Below the pieces are notes generated by a model that made no database searches, was not told where the DNA came from, and saw only the letters and a list, made by a program, of their open reading frames with translations. A stretch of DNA of 63,065 nt, counting the filler, from Folioceros fuciformis (taxonomy: Eukaryota): assembly GCA_049999805.1 (NCBI GenBank). It is 16 parts of 16 records of this genome, joined end to end, with 100 filler letters (N's around TTAATTAATTAA, not from the genome) between each part and the next. Parts side by side here need not be neighbours in the genome. Positions count along the whole stretch, not along the records: positions 23,728 to 27,185 come from JBNGIO010001810.1; positions 27,286 to 28,702 come from JBNGIO010001811.1; positions 28,803 to 32,416 come from JBNGIO010001812.1; positions 32,517 to 34,104 come from JBNGIO010001813.1; positions 34,205 to 40,603 come from JBNGIO010001814.1; 11 more parts are not named here. One strand, given 5' to 3'. Numbering within the stretch: position 1 is the first letter of the stretch; every line of letters starts with the position of its first letter. Below, one piece after another: positions 25,661 to 36,899 of this stretch. The position numbers and the translations under genes were made by a program.

Positions 25661-27285
25661 TCTTAATACGGTCATACATTTGAGGGTCATCACTTGACAA
25701 GTTTTGTGATGTGGGTTCAATTCCATTATGTATCACCTCATTGCAATCTTTACATGAGTGTTGAAGCGTGCTAATGCAAATTTATGATACAAAGGCTTTG
25801 ATTCAGTTGTTCGGATTTGCGAGTTTGGATTTGTAGCCGGGAGTGTAGAGTTGAGCTCGAGAAAATTGGTTGCCTGCTTTCATCTTTCCTTATCTATGGA
25901 GTAATAGGATTTTTTTCATCTCTTTTTTTAATAATAATAAAAATCATATAAAATTTATAGAATAGTATATGGTAAAAAATGTGATAAGTCTAAACAGACA
26001 AATTAATAAATATAGAAGAATCCTTGCCCATGGCTCGATATGCCATAATGACTATTTTAAGAATTATTACGTAATTTTATATTTATTTTTAAAGATGCTT
26101 TGTGAAACCCATATTATATTTGTCTATTTAAAGTTCTAATAAGACTATTGAAAGCTTGAACTAAATGTCTCTTTATAGAGCACTCATAATAGCAGGTTGA
26201 AGTGTAAGAAATGCTTGACTTTCCTCAAATTGCAACCATGTGTGAATTGACGTTAGATCTTCTTATCTACAAATCAATTACTTTATTCGTATTTTTCTTA
26301 GTTTCAAGTTATAGAAGTGTAAGGCAAGTAAATTGTAGAAATGTGTTTATTTATTTAGTTGTAAAAAACAAGCTGTAAATTATGCATGACAACAATATCA
26401 TCTTTCACAATCCACAAACCTTTTTGAAAAATAAATTTCATTATCTTATAGTTTAAATATATATTATCATATTAGACTGGTATTTTATGATATCAAATAA
26501 ATTTTATAACAACATATAAAATTAAAAAAATAATTATATAAACTTTAAATCATTACTAAAGAGAAAAACGAAAGTTGTCGGTTGATATAAAAAGGCTAAA
26601 TTAAAGTTTGTTTGGGGACTTTCTTATTGTTATAGATGATTTAAATACGTAAAAAAAAGAGTTTTCAAACTCATACTTACAAGTTAATGCTTAGGAAAGC
26701 CACTTCTTCTTAATAACTTGGCCCCCAACATCATAAAATCAGTGGTCCATTTTAACTTTCACGTTCGTCATGGCCAAGGAAATAGTAATGCATCAACTTG
26801 AAAATATCTTTTCAGATATTTTTATGAGAAGAAAATATTCTTTAGTCCCAATGTTTTAGAAAAAAGCTAGCTGATGTATTGTATATAATCTTAATATATT
26901 TTATTATTTTTATTTTTTAAGTACTCTCATTTATATGTATGAAAAAATAAATATTAAAATTATTTTTACAAGGGAAAATAATGCATCATAATAATATCAT
27001 AAATGAAACTAGGCCCAAAATTGGATAGGATGACAGCTAATGTGGTAGCCGCCCTCGTCAACATGTGGTAGCTGCCGTCTTACTCCAGCCCAGACTCTCA
27101 AATTATTTACCATCGAATTGTTCGAGTGCAAACGTTTGATACGGACGTAGTGCCCTGACAAGGATATGGGTTCATGGGATAGACCNNNNNNNNNNNNNNN
27201 NNNNNNNNNNNNNNNNNNNNNNNNNNNNNTTAATTAATTAANNNNNNNNNNNNNNNNNNNNNNNNNNNNNNNNNNNNNNNNNNNN

Positions 27286-28532
27286 CCGAAGGCAGGCCCC
27301 AATGACACTGTGGAGGGGTGCTGAATTGGGCAATGCAAAGTGAGGGCTGGTGCCTAGGGAGGAATACGGGCCATGGTAGCGACGTGTGCAATCGGAGGGG
27401 GGAATCGTATGCATCGGAGAGAAGCGTCTTCAACCACGGCTCTAGGCAACGTGCAGTGCAGGGGTACTTTCTGGGTCTAGAGAATGAGCAGCGGTGGAAG
27501 TGTCTGGCCGAGCGGCCGGTGTGGAGTACCAGGTGCCCTTGCAGAAAGGGGAAAGACGGTGGAGAGGGTGTGCCTCATCTACTACTAGAAGATGGTTCCA
27601 GGCAAGAGTGTTGTCACTTTGATACACTCAAAATCACCAAGTGGGCTGCCAGGAGAATGAGTGCAGACGAGGCTGGGGGATACCACCCCAACCAGAGGAC
27701 ATAGGTGGCATTCGGCTTGCCATCCGCAAGCAGCACGCCTGGTCGTTTGAAGGTAGAAAGCCCTTAGTACAGGCGTGCTCCTAGTGGGTGGGAAGCCCAG
27801 TGATGGTTATGTGGGCAGAGATGGTGGGTTGTTGCAGATGGTGGGTTGTCGCTTCCGATGCCAAGCCTACAAGGTGCTCATTCAAGGGCACTAGAGGGGT
27901 AGTTTTTCCGGGTCAGGGGTCCTTTTTCCGGGTCAGGGGTCTTGGCCAATAGAGTGGAGGGAGGGACCTGAGGGCGAAGGGGGTTGATTGTTGGTAGGGG
28001 CAACTAGTGTCCAAGAGGTAGCGGGCAATTAGGGTTAGGATGAGGTTAGCATTAGGCTTGGTTTAGGTGGGGTTAGGATTAGGTCATAATTAGGGTTAGG
28101 TTAGAGTTAGGTTTAGGTCAAAGTTAGGGGCGGCTTAGGTTAGAATTAGGGATAGGATTAGGTCGGAGAGAAAGACTATTGGCAGCGGACTGAGGCTAAC
28201 CCTAGTAGACAGAGATGGGGGTCCTGGGCCAGGGTAGTATAAGGGGCCAGACCTGCTATTGAGGAGGGGCGGTCTACGGTGTGATGTCCCCGGACCTTGT
28301 GTGCAAAACTCTTGGCTTAGGGCGCTAAGCCGGTTGAGACCGAACCGAGGTCCTGATTTCCCTTGCCACTAGGGGGACGTGGAGGTCCCAAGACTGTCAA
28401 GATCCGTGAGGCCGGATCCGCAAGGGCTGAATGATTCGCAGGCTAGCTGAAGTGAAGGAACAGGATCGTGAGTTGGAGGGCTATCCAGTCCTAGTATCCA
28501 CACTATGCTTGAAGGCTGCAAGGAGTGAAGCC
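27286..28532 (+). mobile_element. Large LTR-like repeat (family B) with TTAGG(G)-rich tract upstream of TATA
   Basis: Homologous to 50100-50590 (AGTATAAG...CATTGAGGAGGGG...CCTTGTGTGCA...CCACTAG...GGCTATCCAG...AAGGCTGCAAG); abuts an unrelated ORF fragment at 28533. Confidence 0.7.
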
Positions 28533-28702
28533 ATTCTCTATGTGGAAGGAGCCCAAGTTCTGAAGTTGTTTTTGTATGTACGTATGAGCACAGGAGGGAC
28601 GCGGGGCTACGGCCTGCAACTGAAGACTCGCAGGAGCATCTACTACTATCGCTGGCGGGTATGGGGGCTGCCTCATTGCTATTCCGAGGCAGTCCTAGAG
28701 GA
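28533..28702 (+). CDS. Fragment of the Athila-like LTR-associated ORF (aromatic domain)
   Basis: LYVEGAQVLKLFLYVRMSTGGTRGYGLQLKTRRSIYYYRWRVWGLPHCYSEAVLE aligns without gaps to the 39550-40602 protein. Confidence 0.8.
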
Positions 28703-28802
28703 NNNNNNNNNNNNNNNNNNNNNNNNNNNNNNNNNNNNNNNNNNNNTTAATTAATTAANNNNNNNNNNNNNNNNNNNNNNNNNNNNNNNNNNNNNNNNNN
28801 NN

Positions 28803-29098
28803 TATTTAATCATTTAATATTATATACCTTTAATTAATATTAAACTAATCACCCAACCCTATGGCCTGGTACCGAACCTAAACCTTCCCAGGTCTGGGAC
28901 CAAACCTATACCCACTCTTATAACCAAACCAACTATTTCCTGGTCAATTAACCCAATTAGCACAAAGAAAAATAGGAAAAATGACCAGAAAATCAAGGAA
29001 AATTAGGGAAAATAAGTTGAAAAAGAAAACCAAACCATACCACTATTAACCCTTTTTCAACCAAAACAAACTACTACCCCAAACTTTGGAGGTTCACA
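28803..29098. repeat. LTR terminus, young high-copy family A
   Basis: Near-identical to 32517-32887 and 57057-57431; all end GGAGGTTCACA with different flanks. Confidence 0.9.
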
Positions 29099-29714
29099 TG
29101 TGCATCGAAGGTGGTTAGTGGAGTGGATGACTTGAGGTACTCTCGCTTGTACCACTTGGCCATAGCTCCACGCAGAACTCCGTAGAACAGCCAAACATGT
29201 TGCACGTCTCCTGCTTCCTAGTTGGCAATGGTCAGCTGCTCAAAATGCTGACAAAGTCGTCGGGATCCTCATACCCTTTCTTCTCCTCATACAGTGGGTA
29301 AGACTGCTTAGTGGTTACAGCTACTGGAGTAGTCATAGCGACTGTGGCAAGGTTCACAACGGCTGTAGTAGCAAATGCAACTACCACGCTGGGACTGACT
29401 TCTACACCCACAAAATTTGTCTGGACTGAAGTTGAGCAAGGCAATTTGGAATGGAGATCAACCAGCGGGCTTGGATCGGGGTACCTGGGCCCAGATACCT
29501 CCTCCCCACACGAGAGTTGCAGATTTGATTCAAGTGAAATTTGGCCTTCAGTTCCAGGCTGGCTCCTTGTCCCTCTTCCTTGTCCAACAAATGTGTTCCC
29601 CCGCTGCGACCTTCTGGCGACCCTCTGTAATCTCTCCGCCGCCTGACATTGCCGTCTTAGCAACAGTGTTTCTACACAATTAGGCTCAGAGTCGCTGGCC
29701 TTCACCCGAGGCAT
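29099..29714 (-). mobile_element. Athila-like Ty3/gypsy gag N-terminus (frameshifted, interrupted by family A)
   Basis: ATG 29714; YPLYEEKKGYEDPDDFVS then, in another frame, LFYGVLRGAMAKWY (Retrotrans_gag-like); 27-bp x3 repeat at 29732-29810 in the leader. Confidence 0.8.
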
Positions 29715-29844
29715 CCATCAACCTATCACTACCTAGACTCTCTATTCAGGCTACTCTATCTAGACACTCTATTCAGGATACTTTATCTAGACTCTATATT
29801 TAGGTAGTAGTTACTCCTACCTACGTTCTTGACAGCAGTACATT

Positions 29845-29861
29845 TCCCGGCAACGACACCA
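29845..29861 (-). promoter_or_regulatory. tRNA-Asp-type primer binding site (Athila-like)
   Basis: Minus strand LTR end TCCACA-TTT-TGGTGTCGTTGCCGGGA, versus the Athila-type TGGCGCCGTTGCCGGG. Confidence 0.85.
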
Positions 29862-29864
29862 AAA

Positions 29865-31680
29865 TGTGGAGGAAAATGTTTTGTTCGAGTCCACACAAAC
29901 CCTTTATGTCATTGTAGCCGTGGGAGCCGATCCCAAGGGAATGATTTGTGCCAAGTAACACATGTTTCTTCTACTACTGGCTCTTACTTAGGTCGGACCT
30001 TATCCCCTACCACTTTTACTACGTGCCAGCTTCCTACTACTACCCCCCAGTTAGCCTAGCTATCGTGGACCCTACTCTACGTCCCTGGTTCCTGCTCTAT
30101 GACCGGGATTGGGGTTTCCACAACCACTAGCACCTCTATGATCGATTGAGGTTTCCACAATCTGTAGCGGATTCCGCTACTGTGGTGGGTCCCACCCCAA
30201 GCCCTAACTAACACATGTCGACGCGGGTACCATCACGGGTTTCTGCCCGGAACCCCCTAAGTCGCGGGTTGGGGTTTATTGATCACTCCTCACACCCACA
30301 AATACACACTTAGACAACCCGGTTCCACGAGGCAACCACACCTTGCACTTCACACCCACATGGCGCTTCCAGCACACACCAAATCTCCCACGTACAGGTA
30401 CTCCTCACAACTCGCTCCCAAACATCTCCAACTCACAGCAGCGTCCGCGATTCCCCAGTGGTTTCTCAGTGATTCTTCACACCACAGACTCTTAACAGCG
30501 TTCCACAGTGTCCAAGAATTCCCCAGCAATCTCGTCTCAACCTTAACATTCTTCTCAAACACTCAGTCTCATAGCACACCCGTTCGCGGCCAACAATTTG
30601 GGAAATAAGGGAAGGAGAGACACTCCCTCCACTCCGCGGTCGGCAGATTTGTCTCCCTCAACTTAGCCACAGGCATGACTCACTCGTTCTCGTCTCACTC
30701 GCTTCTTCTCTCTTCTCCTTGTTACATGGTCACGTCTCAAACACTCACTCACTCTAACACCAAGTTCATGTTGCAGCCAACAGTTGGGAAATAAGGGAAG
30801 GAGGAATTCTCCCTCCACTCCGCGCAGTGGGCGGGTTCGTTTCCCTCCCTCAACTGCAATGCACAGTTAGTCTTCACCTCTACTCACTTCTCACCACTGT
30901 ATTTGAAAAGCACTTGAAGAGTCAGGGAATAAGGGAAGCGGGCACCCCTTCTTCCACTTTGCTCATGGGCGGATTCGTCCCTCTCACCTCAACCGCAAAC
31001 CACAGTTCGTCGATCTAGGGAATAAGGGAAGGATCGTTCTCCCTCCACTCCGCGCAGTGGGCGGATTCGTGCCCCTTCACTCCTACTGCGACACACAACG
31101 CGGATTACGGGGGATAGGAGAAGGTTGCCTTTCACTCGATGAGAAGCTCCACCGATTCGTCCCCGATACCACCCATCATGGAGTAGAGATATCGCCCACG
31201 CCTTCTCTTAGTAACGCCGCACGCACTTGCCTTCCCGGATCTCCCTATCCGGTAGCAGCTTTCGCCAAGCTTCCACAGGTTGGGATGTCAATTTCTCACT
31301 GCTTCGGTGAGGCGCCAACAGGCTTCTTGTACACGATGGCAGGTCTGCAGCCACCATTAATTCTAGTCTGCGGATAGGCTGGCGCTCTTAATTATGAGTG
31401 GCATTAGATCCAAGAAAGTATCTTCTCCAGATCCTACAGTATACTATTCTAAGATGCAATAACTATGGCCTATCTTATCGCCGCGATTGCCTCCTGTCCG
31501 GTCGTCGCGCTCCTCTTGCCTGCCAACCTTGAGCCCTCCTCCCTCGCCTTTTGTCAGACAAATCCTCCCACAGGATTTCTACCTCACCACTGCTGCTTGA
31601 CCTTTCCAGTGACGGCATGGGTGGGCCCCATCGAGGGGTGCTCCTTCCTCCCTCCATTCGCTTGTTGTTGAGGACCATCA
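29865..31680 (-). mobile_element. Athila-like long LTR adjacent to the PBS, including the C-terminus of an accessory ORF (31475-31680)
   Basis: Colinear homology with 38287-39770 at the terminus, the repeated motifs, the TATA region (GCTCTTAA on +) and EVEILWEDL...RRGRRA. Confidence 0.8.
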
Positions 31681-32416
31681 CGAGCTCAAGAGGGAAGGAG
31701 GCCGAAGCCTGGAGGCAGCTGGCGGAGTCCAAGACGGCGTGACAGCTCCTAGAGGAGAAGCAGTAGGTCCTGAGTGAGGACAAGGCACAGGTGGAGGAAG
31801 AGGCGCACCATGCGAAGGTAGAGATACAAACACTGAAGGAGCAACAGGGGAGACTCCTAGCTCAGGTGAGGGAAGCCCATGAGACTAATCTGGAAATGCA
31901 AAAGGAAATGGCTAAGGAGCAGGAGATGGCCGCGATGGAACAAGTTCAGAAGCTGGCCGACAGGTACAAACGGGAGCGGGACGAGGCCAGGGAGCGAGTA
32001 AAGGGGAAGGGCAAGGCTGGGCAAAGTAGCCGAATGGCGACGCCGGTAGCCAACGGGGCTACTAGTAGTCGAGTCCCAGTGCCGGTAGCTGACGGGGCTA
32101 CCAGTAGTCGAGTGGCCACGCCGGTAGCCGAAGGGGCTACCAGTAATCTTGTGACACCTGAGGTAGCCGAAGGAGCTACCGGTAGAGGAGGGACGACGCC
32201 GATAGCCGACGCCCCGACCTTGGTTGTCGAAGAAGTGCTGGCAAAGGTGCCTGTGCCCAGGCGCTCCAGGAGGGTCACTCGCGCCAGGCGGACTGAGCCG
32301 GGGAAGTAGCAGCAGCTGGAGGGATGGAGGACCCTCAAGTACCCTAGGAGAGCAGGGGACAAGGCAGCCCAAGGTAGCCCAAGGGAGGAAGGGGTAAGCA
32401 CCTTCTTTATGACAGA
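31681..32416 (+). pseudogene. Inverted N-terminal part of the LTR-associated ORF (coiled coil plus 13-aa repeats)
   Basis: AHETNLEMQKEMAK...QKLADRYKRERDEARERVKGK, PVADGATSSRV repeats, PRRSRRVTR, EEGVST; matches 39550-40602; a few in-frame stops. Confidence 0.85.
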
Positions 32417-32516
32417 NNNNNNNNNNNNNNNNNNNNNNNNNNNNNNNNNNNNNNNNNNNNTTAATTAATTAANNNNNNNNNNNNNNNNNNNNNNNNNNNN
32501 NNNNNNNNNNNNNNNN

Positions 32517-32887
32517 GACATACCCAGATACCCGTTCCTATGTTCAAACCATTATTTTATTATTATTTTATTTTATTATTATTATTTTATTATTTAATCA
32601 TTTAATAATTATATATCTTTAATTAATAGTAAACTAATCACCCAACCCTATGGCCTGGTACCAAACCTAAACCTTCCCAGGTCTGGGACCAAACCTATAC
32701 CCACTCTTATAACCAAACCAACTATTTCCTGGTCAATTAACCTAATTAGCACAAAGAAAAATAGGAAAAATGACCAGAAAATCAAGGAAAATTAGGAAAA
32801 ATAAGTAGAAAAATAAAACCAAACCATACCACTATTGACCCTTTTTCAACCAAAACAAACTACTACCCCAAACTTTGGAGGTTCACA
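32517..32887. repeat. LTR terminus, family A
   Basis: Near-identical to the copies at 28803 and 57057. Confidence 0.9.
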
Positions 32888-33064
32888 CGGAGGTAGGGCA
32901 GGTAGTCCGTCACAGTCTCGTCCCAAATTGTTGCAGATTGGTCCGAATTCAGAAGGCGTTCGGACAGGTTTGCCTCACAGCCATGGGCATGAGGGCATGG
33001 ATCCTGCACCATACTATCACATCGAACCCACCCACAGCAATGGGCCAAACCCCGTAAGGAAACG

Positions 33065-34104
33065 TTGCTAGTGACCCTGCGGACTGGTGCCACAACACCT
33101 CCAGCTGATCCTACAAGGCAGAAACACCCCTGCCAAAGACAGGTGGTGGGTGACCAGAACACCAGGCAAGACAACTCAAACCACCAACAGTTAGAGGAGA
33201 GGACTAGCCGCTTGGAGGCGACTTGCTGGGAAGTCACAAAGACCCTCAACGGCCAAGATCGAAAAGTGTGTGCCATTGTCGAAAGATTGAGCCGAGTTGA
33301 GTCCTGCTGGGAGGAAGGACAAACATGTCTAGAGCACCAATTGATCGGTCTCCTACAGATGCTAGAGCAACCCGACTCTGGACCCAACGCCAATACCCAT
33401 CCCGGCGAGGCAGAGGCACACCACTCAACCTTGTCATCACAACCCGACTACTAACTGGAGTTTCCACCCAAAAAAACCGTCCTGCCTACGCCCATCACAA
33501 CCTGTGAACATAGGGACAAGGAGAAAACAACCTTAGTGGGATAGGCAGTACCTATGCAAACAATGGAAGATGACCAAACACTACGGAAGTTGGTGGTTGA
33601 ACTCTTGCCTGGAGAAGGTGAGAATAAAGACATCCGAGCCCTAGTCCGTAGGTTGCAACTTCTACGTTACGAGCAAAAGCGATCACGTGAAATGGTAAGG
33701 CATATTAAGATCATCTAGAATCACACGTAAATGATGCGATGTTCTGACCCCAAGTATACTTGGATAAGGAGCTACAGCACAAGATTAGAACCACCACATT
33801 CAACAGGAGCGAGAAGTACGCATAAGCAATTCATGAGTGGCTGGACAAGATGGACAAATACGTGTGTGCGTGACGAAGAAGGATGACCAGCAAAAAATCC
33901 AATTTTGTGTAATATCCTTGGAGGGATATGCGTATCAATGGTGGCGGTTGCGGGAGAAACAAGTCAAGTTAGGTATGGAGACCCCCATCCTCAATTGGTC
34001 ATTCTTTCAGCAAATCTTCTTGGAACACTTCCTACCAGTTAACCACAGGAGGGAACTCTACCACCAGTTTTGGAAGATTCACCAACAAGGTACAACACAA
34101 GAAT
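33065..34104 (+). mobile_element. Decayed Ty3/gypsy gag
   Basis: LEGYAYQWW...ILNWSFFQQIFLEHFLP...ELYHQFWKIHQQG (Retrotrans_gag-like), preceded by a coiled-coil-like segment. Confidence 0.8.
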
Positions 34105-34399
34105 NNNNNNNNNNNNNNNNNNNNNNNNNNNNNNNNNNNNNNNNNNNNTTAATTAATTAANNNNNNNNNNNNNNNNNNNNNNNNNNNNNNNNNNNNNNNN
34201 NNNNGTATACGGTCCGTATACGTATACCCCCTATATTTTATAAGGTTTATATCTATTAGATACGTATTTAATACGTACTGATATGTATACCGTATACGTA
34301 TCCTCATATTTCTTTTCTTTTTATTTTCCTAATTTCCCCTTTTCTATTTTCATCCCTATTTTTCTGGATTTAATTCCAGAAATTCCAATTCAACTCCGT

Positions 34400-35769
34400 T
34401 TCACCTGCTTTCTTTTCCTCTTAGTTCAGGGCCTCCCCCAGCACCCCAGGGTTAGTCTTCCATGGCCGAGGAACCATTTCGGCTGGAAGCTGATCCCGCT
34501 AAATAAGCTACCGTTTTCAGGCAGGTTCCAGCTGTCGATCCCACTCCTTCCCACCTCTTCTCTATCTTTCCCACTTCTCATACTCCTTCCCTGGAGGCTG
34601 GCTTAGCCACCAAGGGTGAACAGTTGCAGGGGAAGACTCAGCGGGCGACCATCCAGCAAGGAAGAGGCGGCGTCCGCAGATCTTTGAAGATCAGACATCC
34701 TCCGAAGTCTCTGGATAGTCTAAGAGGTGGTAGATCCTTGTGGTGGTAGGGCCAGGAGCTCATTGGTGGCAGGTTGTGCTAGAAGTCTAAATAAGTGGCT
34801 GGTGACAGCCGGCTAGGCTATTAAAATAATATTTGTCAAGTTAGAGAGAGGTGAAGTCAGAGAGAGAGAGAGGCTCCTATAAGATCAGGTGAGCCTATAG
34901 GAGGAGGGAGTCATTCACTTTGGGAGTCAGTCTATCCCTTCGTGAGCTCTTGGAGGTCCTCTCTTCATGAGCTCTTGTGGTCTATCCCTGCTTGGTTTAG
35001 GACCTGCAGTGTGTTGCCGGCTGTGCAACGTCTGGTAGGATCGCAAGCCGTGTGTTGCCGGCTGTACAGTGTCTGGTAGGATCGCGGGCAGCGTGTTTCC
35101 GGTTGTATAGTGTCTGGTCGGATCACAAGGTGTAATGACCAGGGTGTAGGGGCTTGCCCCTAGCTCTTGATTGTAAAGGATGTGTCTTTCTCTCGACCTG
35201 TCCACTCTTGTTCCTTGCTTGGACAAGTGCTGTAGGCCGTCCATGTCTCATGGTGTCTGGTAAGGTTGTGGGGAGGAGATATCCAAGAGGGGAGTGTGTT
35301 CCCTTCTTTCTTTTCTTGAGGGTTAGTCTAGTGACTCTTGCCGGGTAGGAGGAGTTAGCAGGGAAGTGTAGAAGGTAGTGGTGTCGTTGCTGGTAGTTGC
35401 TGGTGTTGGTGCCGGAGTGAGAGAGTGAGTGAAGTGTGTGAGGGAAGTCGCAGATCTGAGAGGTTAGAGTCGTTGTAGTGACTGGAGTGAGTTTGTGGGC
35501 ACCGAGAGAGGTGCAGCTGACCGCCGGACAGCGAGGCCTGTTCTACGCCTGATCGGAGCTGGAGGGGAGCCCTCGAATCCATCATCGAGTCGATCAAGTC
35601 CGACCCTCCATTCACAGCAGCAAGGAACCCCATCGCTCCTTCGTGGGAACGAAACCCAATGTCTCAACGACAGTGGGATAAGTGTGGCCACTAAAGGTGG
35701 AACCCGTTGGCAATCAGTGCCCGGGGTTTTGCCTCCACACTCCACGCGCTGGTCTGGTGGGTGGTGACA
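34400..35769 (+). mobile_element. LTR-like segment containing a 41-bp x3 tandem repeat (35006-35128)
   Basis: CCTATAAG TATA-like site at ~34876; repeat units at 35006, 35047 and 35088; ends GTGGTGACA at 35769; left boundary uncertain. Confidence 0.5.
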
Positions 35770-36899
35770 TAGGCTAGGAGCTCTAGTCAATTGGCCTGCC
35801 CCGTTGGCACACTCAATACCCAATTCCATCTTCATGGTCATCCTTTGCACTGTTGTTGCTGACGATTTGCCTCTCCGCTTGCTGAGTTGAGAGGTAATCA
35901 CTCATGATGTCTTCTTCCCATAGATTCTCATCAACACGGACTGGTGTTGTTGGATCTATAGGCTCTGATTCCAAAGATGCAACAATCCAAATCTGTAGAC
36001 GTTGCTTAGTGAGACTCTTCACAACCTTTCTCGCCCTCCCATTGATGTTCATTCCTTATAAGGCCTTGGATGGGTTCAGTCCAAGAGGCTTGAGACTGCT
36101 GTTGGGAGGTTGTTACAATTGTGCTCTTGCTGAACACAACTAGCCATCCTAATTGTACCCTTAACACCTAATTACCCATAGTCTATTTACCATCTGCCCT
36201 AGTTTACCTAGTGTGTCTAGTCACGGTGCCTATTTGGCACTTATCCTCTCTGCAATGACTAGGATGGTGAGTGGAGGAGTTAGGGGTACCTCTACTGAAA
36301 GTTGGTTGGTGTAGAACAAGACTTCATTCGGGTTGCGAGGTCAGCCAAGCCATGGCTATGGCATAGGGCCTCTTTCATGTGGAGGCCATGTTGTGATTGC
36401 TGGGTGTAGGCATAAGCGTTTGCATGTTTGGCTTTAGCAAGAGGGATCACAACAACCATTTATACTTGAGAGGACTAGAGCTGGCAAGCGATATGGATGG
36501 ATGTCATTGCTCATAAAGGGAGACGATAATTAGAAGGATGCCAAGGGGACTTAGCTTCATGCAGGGCACATAGAGGTCTGTAATCAATACAACACCCGAG
36601 TTTCCGTCTATTGGAAAATCAAGTTCGGTGCACATGTCGGCAGATCTTGGGAGAAGAGAATTCGACTACCAACACCAAATGAGGGAAAAGGATGGAGGAG
36701 ACGTCGATGAGGAGGTCGCGTCTGATGAAGAAAGTGGCAATGTTTAGCATCTATGTCAATGTAGATTGTTTGGCAATGTCATCCATACCATTGAAACAGG
36801 GCCAACATCCATTACATCAGCCAAGCATCATGCCAATGGAGCCAAGAATAACAGCTCCTTCATCTTGAAAATGCAAGGTGACACCTTGAAGGCGGCCAG

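Noticed and set aside
25683-25740. tRNA or SINE suggested by GGTTCAATTCC
   Set aside because: Only a B-box-like motif; no cloverleaf, A-box or tail could be supported.
30600-31165. Hammerhead or twister ribozyme, or CRISPR-like array, for the spaced repeats
   Set aside because: The topology recalls a type II hammerhead (CGAA junction on the minus strand) but CUGAUGA and the NUH site are absent. AGTGGAGGG recalls the rice twister but the UAACACUGC and pseudoknot partners are missing. The repeats are long and diverged, with irregular spacers and no cas genes.
34205-34303. GTATAC/TACGTA palindromic cluster as a transposon end
   Set aside because: Resembles subterminal repeats but is cut by the contig edge, with no TIR or TSD visible.
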